64,000 nucleotides of DNA. Origin: Trichoplax adhaerens (taxonomy: Eukaryota > Animalia > Placozoa). This document shows positions 1-13,800 of this stretch, one piece after another. Where the stretch lies: contig NW_002060957.1 of assembly GCF_000150275.1 (NCBI RefSeq), forward strand, positions 856,445 through 920,444. Direction: 5' to 3'. The position numbers and the translations under genes are program-made. Every line of letters starts with the position of its first letter. The first letter of the stretch is position 1. The notes under the pieces are model-generated. The model saw only the letters and a list, made by a program, of their open reading frames with translations, was not told the origin of the DNA and did no database searches.

Positions 1-58
1 GTAAATAAGATACCATACTGACAGTACTAATATTTTTCAATCATCTCTATCAAATTAG

Positions 59-3000
59 GTAAAAGTGATCCCTATTGCAAGCTTAGAATCGGAAATGAAA
101 AATTTAAAAGCAAGGTAGCTTTCAGATTGTAATTTAATAACTTGCTATCAAGATATAGTATAAATTAATCTGATTGTATTGCACAGACTTGTAGCAAGAC
201 TTTAAATCCAGTTTGGAAAGAAGAATACGAATTTCATATTTACTATGACCAAACAACTATATTTGAACTGGAGGTTTACGATTACGATATGGCATCAAAG
301 GATGATTTCATGGGAAAGTGAGTAAATGACCCTTTATTCGAGTATTTGCGCATTACTAGCCAGCACATGTTGGGCATTATTATTTTTTAAATAAAACGAA
401 ACATTTTAAGATACAAATTCATAATAATTGACAATGACAGAGTTGAACTAGACGTGCTAGCATTACCAAAAGAAGACACCGTACGTATGGAGTTAGAACT
501 AGAGGGAGGCGAAGGATTAATTTTACTACTTCTTACATTAACGGGATTTAATGATGGCAACAACATGACTGACGAGGATTTGGCTGGAAAGGAAGTTACT
601 GACCCTAAAAGAATTGAAGACTTGGAAGATAAATATGTCAGTTTAATAATAGATGTTTTAATTTTTGACGATCAAAGATCAAGGCTTAAATTAATTTCTG
701 TTGATAATGCAGGCACTTTCAAAGACATTTAAAGATAAGGCTGATATAGGCTATTTAATTATGAAAGGTTATTTCTAGAAACGATATTTAAGCAATTATA
801 CATATCGATAATGATATGCAAAATCGAAAGTATAAATACTACTAGGACCAGAATTGAAGATGTATCATATTTATATTTAATTTTTAGTCATAAGAGCAAA
901 GGAGTTACCCGCTGCTGACTTTGGAGGTAAATGTTTATTACTGACGACCGTTCACATCACCTTGGAATGTAAAATCGCGAATACTTCATTATAGGGAATA
1001 GTGATCCTTTTGTTATAGCTGAAGTTCGTAATAGAAGAATTCAAACACCTACAGTTTATAAAACTATTAATCCAGAATGGGGCAAAGTTTACCAATTGTA
1101 AGTCTTTTCATTTTAGCATATCGTTTATTGTGTCTTGTAACCTACGCATTTATGCTATGCGTCTACATCATCATTCTTCTGTGAAAACTGACGATACTTT
1201 TACTACGTTACTTTTATGCTTTAAGTGGAATCAAAGATATTCACGACATCGTTAAAATAAGCGTTTACGATGAAGATAAGGCTAAGAAAGAATTTTTGGG
1301 GAAATGCATGATACCCTTACTAGATGTATGTATAATTTATAGTGCTTCATAACGAGCTTATAAGGAATAGTTTATTACTATAATGTGGAAACTGAAATTT
1401 CTTTGTGATCGTTGGTTAGGTTGAATCTGGCGTCAGAAAATGGCATAACTTAAAGGATCGAAAATTTCGCGATAAAGCTAAAGGTCAAATTGAAATAGAA
1501 ATGACCGTTGTGTATAATCCGGTAAATTTGTAGCTAAATATCCGCATATTCTAGATAATGATTACTTTATAGCCTCTGTAAACATGTAATATGCTAACTT
1601 TTATCATCGTGGAACGGATGTCTAGATCAGAGCGGCTCTGCGCACCTTTAAACCTAGAGAAGAATATTTCTTGGAAGAGGAAATAAAGTTTAAACGTCAG
1701 GTATATATTTTATTACTAATAAATTTACAATATAATATGTTATGAACTTTACCCTTTCAGATAAAAGTGATAATTATCTATTATTTAAAAGTGATAATTA
1801 TCTATTATTTTACACACTACTAAGCAGTTCAAGAACTTATTTCTAAGATTTTTATATTATTATTGATCATATAGCTCCTCGTAAGGAATCTGAAACGTGT
1901 TGGTGGATTGGTAAAAGCGATAGTATCTTTTGGTGGTAGTATAAAAGATCTTTTTGAATGGAAACGAAAATCGAGGAGTGCCATTGCATTCATGGTAAAT
2001 TTACTTTCTACTTCAAAATAAGAATTTTTAAGATAAATGATTATATTACTAACTTTATTGATTAAACATCTGGACAGATATATATCTTCATCTGCCTAAA
2101 CTTTGATTGGTTTTTCCTGCCGGTTATGTTGCTTATCACTTTCGCCTATCATTACATCAAGTATAGTTTAATGGGAAGTGCCTACTTTGATTTGGGAGAG
2201 GTGTGTTTCTAATCAAACAATTTATAAAGTGCATACAATCTCAACATTAGCTTAAGCTTGAATTACAAATTTAATGATACTAATAGGAAGAAGAAGAAGA
2301 CGATGATGACGAGGAGACTGAAGATGCAAATAAAAAAGGAAAAGTAAGGCTACCTTATTGACAAGACTTGCAATGTTAAATTTATAGAGTAATTCCAACG
2401 AATATGTAGTAACATTTTTCAATTAAAATCTCCTGTTTTTACTTGCGTAAAAATAATTATAGGAGAGTAAAAGTCTCAAAGCTAAATTACAAGCGCTGTA
2501 TGACGTATGTCAGACGGTACAAAATGTTCTGAATAAAGTAGCATCATTTGGAGAAAGAGTTAAAAAGTAAGTTTACTGAAGTAAGAACTGACGTCGACAT
2601 ACAACTGATATAAGATTTAGCAAAGTTCTGATACTATACCTCGATAACTTATGGGTGGTATTTTAAAAGCTATAAAAATTAGTTAGAAATGAGTATAGAA
2701 AAAGCGTTACATGATATACTTTGAGTTTACAAATGATATCATTTAAAAACTGAGATGTTCAACTACATTTTATCTATGATATCGTCTAAGTAACAGTTTT
2801 TGTCCAATTAGTATCAAAGGAATCAATTTTTAATTTCTTACCATAATAGTACCTTCAATTGGACCGTTCCTTGGTTGTCAATGTTAATGGTTATCGTATT
2901 AAGTATTGTAACAGTCATATTTTACATCATACCAATCCGTTATATTTTCCTGGCCTGGGGGATTAAAAAGTTTACGCGAAAAATCATTAAACCCAATCAC

Positions 3001-3235
3001 ATTCCTAATAATGAGTTAATGGATTTCTTATCAAGAATTCCATCGGATGAAGAACTGGTAAAATTTAAGAAATAATTTTAATCAAAAATCTATATGACCT
3101 AGCTATAATATTGGATGTTAAATAATTAACCACTAACAAACACCTGACATTCTTTATTTGCATGTTCTGTTTTCATAGATACTATTACGCGATAGCAGTG
3201 TTCAAGACGAGAAAGATACGAAGAAAAAACGCTAG
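59..3235 (+). CDS. MCTP: Multiple C2 and transmembrane domain-containing protein (MCTP1/2-like), 3' portion, ~15 exons, 5' end outside window
   Basis: Spliced GT-AG exons give two C2 domains ([36 protein letters not shown]; [29 protein letters not shown]), a transmembrane segment, an acidic stretch, and the PRT_C region ([54 protein letters not shown]). Last exon 3179-3235 reads [18 protein letters not shown]. Confidence 0.93.
1763..1810. repeat. 24-bp perfect tandem duplication in an MCTP intron
   Basis: aaaagtgataattatctattattt occurs twice in succession. Confidence 0.85.
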
Positions 3236-6200
3236 TTTGGCTTTTGTTTACTGAGTACTCAAAACTAGAATAATTGGTTACTAACACGTTTAATTGAAAA
3301 GGACAAAATTTGCACCAATATCGATAAACAATTATATCAATCAAATAATGCTTAAAAATTATGCTGGTAAGACAGAGCAATGGTTTTCAAATATTATGGA
3401 TTAAATGTAGTTGTTCAGCTATAGTGTTCGATAAGATCACAACCACATATTTAATTTATTGATGAGTTATGTAGATGTGATGATATTTCGAAAATTAAAA
3501 GATTATACCCGATTAAGCCTAGCCAACAGATTTTATTTCTATATTCTTTATCAAAACGCTCTGCAAGACAAGGAAATGAAAGTCCTCTTCTACATGTCTA
3601 CACTAGATAGCATTCATGCTACAAATAATGATTAAACTTTTTTTTGTAGCAATTTTAATAAAAAACTGTGTTATTCAGTCTACGAAGATCTCTTTCTGTC
3701 ATATATAAACTTATTACCTAAAAATTTGTTGATTACTTTGGTTTTGCAGCCATATTATAGCTAGGAAATCGCGGTTTAATGCTACTTTTTAATTGTAATT
3801 TCACTTCAACGTGTAGTGAAAGGCTTGTCACCTTTCTAAATTATACATAAATTAATTAAGGTACTAAAGCTGACACTGATATGAAGGTTTCATTTTTATT
3901 TTGAATACAATTAAATTATGCTATTAAGAGGCTCTACTTTAGATAATTATGCAACCTTTAGGCGTCTTTTTTGATATAATTTATGCATAGGCACTGTACC
4001 TACTTTACTAATAATCTCATTAAATTGTGGTTACTGATCATCATTTTAGCTTTATCCGCCCCTATGATTCAGTGAATCATACGGATTTGATTGATGATGT
4101 TAAATTTACTAGAAGATTTTAACTGCAAATTTATCATCAAAATTTATTCAAAAATATGAATAGATAGATGAAATTAAAACTTCAATAACATCATTATCTA
4201 TTAGCTATTTAAAATTTATGTATGTGAATGATTCCTTAATAGCAGATTTGCTTCTAAATTTAATACCGACATCAAGCTGGATTTTTATTTAATGTATTAC
4301 TGTATGTAGTGTAGACGGCATTTTATGTTGACTAAGATATCCATACACGTAAACATGAAGTAATTAAACTTATATTAATTCATGTTTGTTACTTTTATAA
4401 GCTAATTTTAATATTTGCAGTAGATATTAAATATCGTATTATAACCATAAGATTGGCATATGCACGACGTATTTGCCTTGGTTCTTCATTATTAAATAAA
4501 ATAAATGACGCACATGCTCCTTTTATTAAATTGTTTGCACTAAGGGCTATAAAAAATTTTGGGGTTGCTTTTCTCTCGTAATTATATCAACGTACTATGT
4601 TCAGTATTCAGTATACTTTTACAAATTTATCAATAAATATCAATTTTGCTAGTCAACTATCCTTGTCTCTGAAGTTCGATTACGATTCATAAAAGAAATA
4701 GAAATCGGACAAAGCTTGAAATAGTTGATACGTAATGGTATTGATGGTATATTCCCATATGAAAATACGACCAGAACGGTAAAGCAGTTGGCAATAGTTC
4801 TCATTCATTTGTCATTAATTCATGGCCTCTTTGATTCTAGATTCGCTGCTAGATTTTGCAGTAATATGGCTAGTGTAATAATTAATCAATTAATAATCAG
4901 ACAAATAACATACAGCAGATACATGTTTGATCTCTTTAGGATCTAATTTATCATCTGAATATACAGAGTACGCGCACACTTGCACAGTTAACGTGACTAT
5001 GGGAACAAAAATTTTCTAGTTTTATCAGAAATTTTTGCTACCCTATTGAAATATACCCCTATAAATTGATTCATTATTTAATGAATACCTGTTTTTGTTT
5101 TAATTGATTCCTATCTAAGGATTTTCAAGGGCATTTAACAGCTTTAGAGACGAATTTGTATAACTTTCATGCATAGCTTTTACTGATCGAAAAATATTTC
5201 AATATATTTACTAAACGTTGCAATGATGACATAAAATCATTTTGATGATGGCTACAGGTAACTGATAATATTTGCAATGGACATGCAATTCCTTAGATAT
5301 ATGCTGGACAAAAATGATGTGGTAACAACGTACAGTACAGGTTTTTATGAATACATAACAGCTATCAGATATCTTTAATTCTCTCATTTACCTCTCTTCA
5401 TTGCTGACTAGCACTAATAAAGCCTCTCTCAGACATATATGCTCTTTCTCTCTCTTGCTCTCCTCACTCATGTTCCCTTCTTGAATGTTTATGGATATAG
5501 CTAACCCTCGTACACAGGTAGAAAATCTTACGCAACCAATCTATCACAGGTGATATGAGTTCAATTGAATTATAGAGCTAGATATAAAATTTTACACATA
5601 ACAAATCAAGCAATTTTTTTTAAATAGTTTTTATCCAAGATATTCGAAAAGAAAACCATCTATCATTGAGCAAGAATATTAATCAATCTACAGGTACGGA
5701 ACCACAATAAATGCGATAGAATCATAACTGCATATCAAGCTCTACTAGTACATAAACTATTCAATTTATCGTCTCTGGCTTATGAATTTCTATCAGTCTA
5801 GCTTTTAAATGTACATATTAGCTTCCTAGGATTGATTTTTTATCAATTAGATGTTTGAGAAATATTACAGTAAAGTAATAGCTAATTCTTGAATGTAGAA
5901 TTTTGTTATAGAATGCATAAATCATTTCAGTTATAAGCCTAAATTGCTATTCTTATCATCTGCGCTAGTTAATTAGGCATATTAATTTAAAAGTAATCAT
6001 ATTTGATAAAATGAACAGATTAGCATAGTTACTTATACGCTATTTAAGTTATAAACTAGAAGAAATAAACATATAATGGTCAGTGCTGAAAATTAGAAAT
6101 GTATTCAAATAAGACCAAGCTAAGGGTAGGTTATCCTGTAACGATAATAGAGCTGTTCGCTTGTAACAATAAGATCAAGTCGATATCAATTTGTTTTTCT

Positions 6201-6301
6201 ATTGCGGACAAATCATTTTGATGTATCCTATCAGAAAGAGCACAGCAATAATAAAAAATATCGTGAAAGCCCATTCCTCAGTATGGTGATGAAATAGTAT
6301 A

Positions 6302-6876
6302 TTATAACTGGCCACTCTCTACGAGATGATTCAATTTATCAACAATTTCATCCATAATAACATTAAATTTATCATTGCGATCAAATGCTCTCTCAATAAA
6401 TTCTTCGTTGGAATAAAATTCAAATACATTTTTAACTCTTTTATGCGATTTATCGGTTAAATGGCGATTGATTAAGCTATCAATCAGCTGTTTACATTCA
6501 TTTAACATTCTAATTAGGTAACGCTTATCAAATGTGAAACTAATCTCACGAAAGCTGATAATGGTTAAGATTAATTGATGGAATTTATCTTGCAACTGGT
6601 GTCCAATCTCTAGTTCTTCCTCATTCAATTGCTCATAACGATATAAGATGCCAATTTTAACAATGATTTTCAAGATGTTTTTAACTAATTTTTCAGCTTT
6701 TTTCTTCTCTTTCATTTCCAATTTGGCCATAGTGTAAATATTATCCAGTAATGAGCCAACACTATCATCGATGAACATTTTGGCTAATCCTCGCGTTGCC
6801 ATCCTGCCCAATAATTTTTTTTCAACGCGAATGGCCATTTTTTTACTGCTAAAATGTTCATTATTTGATTCGGACA
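6302..6876 (-). CDS. TNFAIP8: TNF-alpha-induced protein 8 (TIPE family), main coding exon
   Basis: The 190-aa ORF matches the TIPE family throughout (FSSKKMAIRVEKKLLGRMA..FIDDS..AEKLVKNILKIIVKIGILYR..FTFDK..HLTDKSHKRVKNVFEFY). The ORF's GTG at 6877 overlaps a splice acceptor (ttcag|TG TCC), so a first exon lies upstream. Confidence 0.93.
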
Positions 6877-9800
6877 CTGAATACGTAAATGAAAATTAGA
6901 AACATTAATATTATAAATATACCAAATGTTGTCCTAAGAACTTAGGCTACGATAGCGTTTTGATTGAAAAAGTGATTCATCCATGCAGTTCATTTATTTC
7001 TCTGATTTCACTATTGAATACATGTACAGTACTATTAACTAAAATATATAAAATAGCGAAATTGTGATACAAGAAGCAGCAAAACAAAGAAATCTCGAAT
7101 GGACGAGCACTGTGTCAAAACGTTGATTCATGTTTGCCCCTATAATATTTCTGACATTATTTAGCTTTCAAAAACACAAAGTCATTCTATGCTATTATCA
7201 AATCAGAAAAGCAAGGTCGTAATAGATATCAATCAAAATGAAGTAAACATTAAATTCATAGTGACAAAGTGATGAATTATAAAGTTGATCTAGCCTTTTT
7301 CTCTAGTTATTAAATCGTCAAGAGTGCCATGTCTGTAACTAGTAATACTTGAAGAATTATGTAACAAACTCAGTAAAATTAGAAGGTGTGATTTGGACAG
7401 AGAACAGCTTGCTAAATAGATCAAATTATCAACAATATTTCATAAATCTAGTGGATATGTCACTAGTAATATAAAATTTGTAGTAGAGAAATTCATAACT
7501 TTCAGCATAAACACTGCATTATAGCTTTAGAAGTGACTGCATAATCAATGGCGTAGCATACGGAAGCTAGTTTGTTAAAATAGAAACAAAATGATTATGA
7601 GTAGAATATTTAATTTCGATTATTTTGCTACATAATACTAGATATGGTGGATATCTGTAATTGGAATCCATTCTATTTAACAAAATAATTGAGCGGAAAA
7701 AAACAAAATAATAAAAGTCGAAAAGTGATAATGATGTTCTTTTATCCTGACGTATGGATAATCCGTAGCTGGATATATGCTACTATATAATGCAAGGCAA
7801 GAATAAAGTTGTTTGAGAAGCTTAATATACTAGTATCAACTTTGTCGTTATGAATTAGTATAAATAAATCTGTTTGAGCCGTGTACACAAAATGTAAAAT
7901 TTTACTAGTATTGCTGTCAAAGTAAACTTTTTCTTGAAGAAAAGAAAATCGATTATCAAGGTTGAATAGATATTGCATTTAATTTAGATTAAATGCTACG
8001 TCTATGCTATTTGACGCATTTTTTTACGTAAAGAACAAACTATATCGGCTCAATCTAGTACCAAAGATTGATACTTTGAATTGTGGCTATGAAGATTTCA
8101 AGTTGATTATCATTACAGTTGTATGTAGCTAATATCTCTCTTTCCAGCAATAACACCGAGTAAAAATACTCTATGAAGGTAAAGCGACTAACTACTACTG
8201 CAATCTTTACTAGCTTTAGAGTACCATAATAGTAATATGAGCTAAATTAAGCTTGAAAAAGATTTCATAAAGCTACCAAATTATTTGAATGTTTTAAATT
8301 TGATATTTTCATCTACTACCTTTATTTCAACTATCATTATTTCTATTGATATCAATAAAATATTAATCAAGAGATAAAACAATGCGCAAATGATTGGCAG
8401 CTAGTCTAACTTATGCAAATAGGTGACTTGAAAACGTCATTATAAGTATGGTTAGGGTATTCCAAAAAGGAATCACATCTATTTCGTATTTATCGGTTTA
8501 GAGATGGTCTTGTAATTAATTGCTTTATTAAGACTATATCCTAATCGAAAAGGAAAGCAATCTCCATATTTAATACCTATGATAGGCTAATTTTAAATGA
8601 TTCATTATCAACCTCGAATGAAAAGAAATTGCTAGTATCAAGGCAACTTAAGCATAATGTTTCTCTGTCGAAAGTATGAATATGAAAGATCATTTTAAAA
8701 TATTTACGTCTTCTTCTCCCTTTTCTTCCTGTATTGATTATTATGAAGTAGGTAATAAATTAGTCATAAATTTATCCGCATTAAGATTACACATTTTCAC
8801 TAGCCTATATTTTCTATTTTTAAAAGAAGACTTCGGCGTGCATGCCATAGACTGAGAGTCATGAAGGAATTCAATTTAAAAATGTTAAAGCTATAAAATT
8901 TCGTTAATAAACAGCGATCTAGCTATTGTTAAGCCGTGTTACCATTCAAAGGTTTGGAGAATAACATGGATTAATTAACGATTAATAATTACCCTTCAAG
9001 GGCAATAAATAAAGTTTAGTAATCGTTCATAGAGAAAATAGCAGAGCTCTATTCTAGTGACAACATTATTTACGGTTTTAAAGTCATATATCGATTAATT
9101 TAAAATGCAATTTACTGGCAGGTGGAATTTAGGTAAAACATTAGCAATATAAATCAACTTGCTGATGCTATGAATGGTGTTTTTTTATTCATTTCTCTAC
9201 TATTTAAATAGAAACAATATCTTAATAAATCACAACTAGAATAGAAATCTAGATATTATATTAAATCAAATTGGATAACTTATTCAACCGTAAATAGAAA
9301 GATTCAGGATCTATACAATACGTCAAGAATCGGTGTATGCTACTCAACCAATATTTTGACAGTTAAAATTAATTCTGAAAATAAATTGTTATTCTGTAAG
9401 TCACAATCCCGGATGTTCCTATTCATAGGGAAGTTGGAAGTGATGAAGTTTGCTAATCTCTAGTTCTACTGCTACTGTTTTTATTCATGATTAAATAATT
9501 TGCCTATAGGTCGTTTCTTGAGATTTTCCAGTGTACCTCTATAGCATTATATCTAAATTTTCTCTTAACAGTCTTTGCTATGATAACTGCCTAAGGTATT
9601 GGTATCTCATCTACTAGGCTAATTGTGTATTCCTGCAGTAGGAATGAAATCTAGTCGCATCGATAGATGTTATCCTAATCTTTAGCAATGTAGATAGATC
9701 AATACATGTCTACCACATAGGTAAAAGGTTTACCTCTACGATACTTGTGATTTTAACTACGAATTCATATAGTGCTAAATGAAAGATATTTGCATCTGCA

Positions 9801-10579
9801 ATTTATATTATCGATCAGTTTTGCTTTGATTGAATATCTTTGATCTGACTAATGGTCAACTTGAGTATTTACATTTGTATATCTCATTCCAAACCCTTTC
9901 ATTCTAGATTCAATATACTTGTCTTCTAGCGCAATTGTCAATGTTTCCAATTAAATACATTGATAATAATAATTATTAGTTCCGCCACTGATTTACAAAC
10001 GAAGTAAACTAAATAATTTTTACACTCAGTAATATCATTATCAATCTAAAGTTAGGAAACAGGAATTTCAAACGAATCTGTATCTATAACTCGCTACCCT
10101 AGATTCTTGTAGTAACAATTTAATCTATTCCATCTATTAACATTATAATCCATTCCTTTAGCATTAATTTAATATCTTTCTGTCTATAGTGAAAGTATTC
10201 TTTATAGGATTAAAATCGATATTTATAAAGCCTTAACACCAATTCTATCAACCTGGACAAAGTATAAATTTGCCCGATACTATCGTCTATTCATTCAATT
10301 TCCATGAAATATCCATCTTAGCTATTACTATTTCATCTTAATTTGTAACTACTAACTACTACAGAAAGTGATTGAATGGAAATAGCGGAATGTAGGAAAG
10401 AAGCTCATCCAAGGTTATTAATTAAGAACCAATCATACCATGATTGGAAACCTAATCTTCAAATACAACTTTGTCAACGAATAGTCGGATATAATCAAGA
10501 AATAAAATCCACTGTATACCACGAAAGTGATCAGCCTGAGCAAGTAGTGAAACGATATATCTTTCTATCATTGAGCTAG

Positions 10580-13500
10580 TAAAATCAATCTCTTATTTTT
10601 ACTTACTATTTGATAGCTGCAGTTTAATTTTCGTCTAGTACTCCACGTCGTAGGAAAATAACCTTATTAATAGGCTGAATTTTATCCTTAGATGTTAATG
10701 AGATGTGAAAATTTTGATATAATTTGCTGAAAATGTAACAGTACTTTTCGATTCTTGATTGTAGTGATGGCTAGCTAGCCAAATGAAATTGAAATCCAAG
10801 TGAGTAAATTTAGTATCACTCTACTGCAAGAAATCAATGATCCAGGTTAGTATTCCTTCTAGTCGTTCTGGAAATTGATCAAATCTTACATTCTAGATAG
10901 ATTGAAATCATAATATATTCATAGTGAATACATGCACGCGATTTTGCAAGTTTGGAGGAGATAAACCGATGATTCAATCTCATCATCCCCCTTCAATCGA
11001 TCAATAAAATTCTCATAAGGTAAGCTGATTCTAATTAAAATAAGAGTAATTTCGATGTTTAAATGTGCATAATTTTATGTTATTAAATTGATGATATACG
11101 TTAAACATTCCTTCTTGTAATCCATCGAAATAAATATCAACTTAAGTAATCTACATCGCTTGAAAGCAAGATAGGATTAATCAAGGCATGCGATTTAGAA
11201 AATATCTATGTAATTAATCGAAGGCACAAGCTCATAATCCTTCTTTCAACTTACTATAATGAACTTACTCCAACCAAAATAAAAAACTAATTTAGATATT
11301 AAACTAATTTGAAAATTGATGATATAAGGGAACATTCCTAGTCGCAATACATTGAAATTAACATCAACATATGTACTATCAACCGTTTAAAAGCATGATA
11401 GAATTAATTTGAGTATTTAATTTAGCAAAATTCATATTGATCAATCAATCAATGATATAAGCCAATTGTCGTGCTTATCTGTCGTAAAAATAAAACTTAT
11501 AAAATCTAAAGTGATTTAAATTAAAGTAAAAATAATTCTTGACATGCAATAGCGCTTTGCCCTATAAGATAAAGCCTTATAATTTATTAATTTAAGTAAA
11601 TGGCAACTCATAGAATCTAAATTGATTTCAATCAAAGTAAAATTTAATTTGGAAATCTTATGATGGAAATCGTAGATTATAAATGATAATGCAAGTCGAT
11701 ATTTCCTTAAAATCTAGCAGAGCAAAATTAGTTCATATCTTAACAGAGTTAATTCAGAGATCTAATAGTGCATAGCTCTAAATTATAAACAGATAATGCA
11801 AGTCGATATTTTCCCTTACAAACTACTAAAGTAAAGGCAAATGTATATAGTATAAGTTGATTCCAAGTAAAGTATAATTAATTCAGACATGAAATTGCGC
11901 AAAGTTCTAAATTCTATACGGATGAAGCAAGTCAACATTCCTCCTTGTAATGCATTGAACTAAATGCAAACTCATAAAGCCTAACTCGATTGTAATCAAA
12001 ATAAAATCGTTCAGACATCGAATAGCACAGAATTCTAGATGAAGTATAAATAGGTAATGCAAGCTAGAATTTTTCCTCGCAATCTGATACAGTAAAAGTC
12101 AACGCATTTAGTCTGAATTGATTCTAATCAAAACTCGATTCATTATAATTTTTTGATCAACGAAAAGTTCTTTTTAATACTTTTGTTTACTCTTACGATA
12201 TCTAAACTACAGTACCGTAAAAATAATATCAACATAGGACGAGATTAAGACAATCTAACTAAAGTGAATAGAATATGTAGAGCATGTATTCCGTCATTCG
12301 TCTCGTAAAATAAATCTTTTCCTTTTCACTTACTATTTGATGGAACAAATTTGAAATTTTCCTGGCACTCTACGTCTTGAGAAATGGCTGTAGCGATGGC
12401 TAGAATTTTGTCTTGAAGTATTAATTGGTTGAATATAAAGATTTCGCAACAATATAATGAAATAGACCAGTAATTATGCTTAATGGTTGTTAATTGAAAA
12501 GATTGCTAATTGGCTCGATTCAGAATAATGTTTCTTTATAGCAGGTACTCGTTACGGATTGGCCAATCGAATCGAAATCCAGGTATGGAAATTTGAATCA
12601 CTGCAAGTAAGAAAAAGACGATACAAATTAGTATTTTCTTGTAAATCATGGAAATAAAAATCTCTTCATGTAGTCTTCTTAGATTTATATGATGGTTTTA
12701 ATTTAGATATTCAATTTAGCAAAGTGGCAATTCATAAATAAGTGCTCAAGTTCCTATTCCTCCTAGCAATCTAGTCTTATATATCAACTAATGTTGTCTG
12801 AATCGATTTAAATAAAAAAGAAGGGAAATTTCTCTTAAAAATAAAAGAAAGCTGATTCCAAGCATGAAGGTAAGACTCGTAGTTATGGCAATACATTTAG
12901 TAATCCATTGAAATAAATATTTAACTTAGGCACTTCAAAATAGAGCCAATTTAAGCATGAAAGTAGTCTTACTCTCCTCTTATCATCCATGATTTATATA
13001 TATCTTGCTAGTGAATACTGCGCTTTTTTCTAGAAATTGATTAATATCATCCACACTTATTTGACCTGGCTTAGTTCGTTTGAAATCAAAGCAAGATGAA
13101 CAAAGACCTATGGTAGTAAAATTTTAGGTTGTAAATTAGTGATACAAATCAGTCTTTTTTGCATCTACCTACCAGTATAAATGTTAGCTATTGCGATGGA
13201 AATCGATCAAAATCAAAGAAAGATAAATTTCGACAGAGCTGTCAAATCTCAAGCCAAAATCGATCCTTATAATATAAATAAGTGTTGCATTTAGCACTCT
13301 ATCAATGCTAATATCAGCTAATGGAAATGGCGTCGATCAAAAAGTATAGAAAATGAATTTAGGTGTAGGTAGTTAAATCCTAAACCTGAAATCAACGATA
13401 CTTGCAATCGTTCAATAAAAGCGCTGATAATGCAGTCACGATCAATATGAAAAAAAGAAAATGACTATATATGTAGCAATAAAATATAAATTCCCGATGA

Positions 13501-13800
13501 ATGCATTTTCAAATCATAATAAGATTAATCCAGTAGCAATAATACTCTAGGTAATGGATGGATGATACAAGTTAATTTTGCTCATGAACTCTCAACCAAT
13601 GCATTTTCAAATCTAAACAAGATCAATCTAAACATAACAGTGAAACCCTAGGTTATAATACCACTCGATATTACTCCTGACAATCTATTAATATCAACCC
13701 TGAACGAATGCGCTTTTAAATCAAAATAAGATCAATGCACACCTAATAACGAAATTTTAGGCTCTAAATCAGTGATCTAGGTCAAGAATAGACTAAACTC
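10580..13800. repeat. Highly degenerate tandem array (~110-130 bp unit) with a ~1.73-kb-spaced duplication
   Basis: Recurring gataatgcaagtcgatattt (11685, 11792; variants 11921, 12054) and aacattcct..taatccattgaaataaa (11104, 11332, 11935, 12900). The segment 10580-10870 resembles 12307-12650. Confidence 0.65.

Noticed and set aside
3126-4946. Short ORFs at 3126-3380 and 4725-4946
   Set aside because: They are antisense to the MCTP 3' end or intergenic AT-rich chance ORFs.
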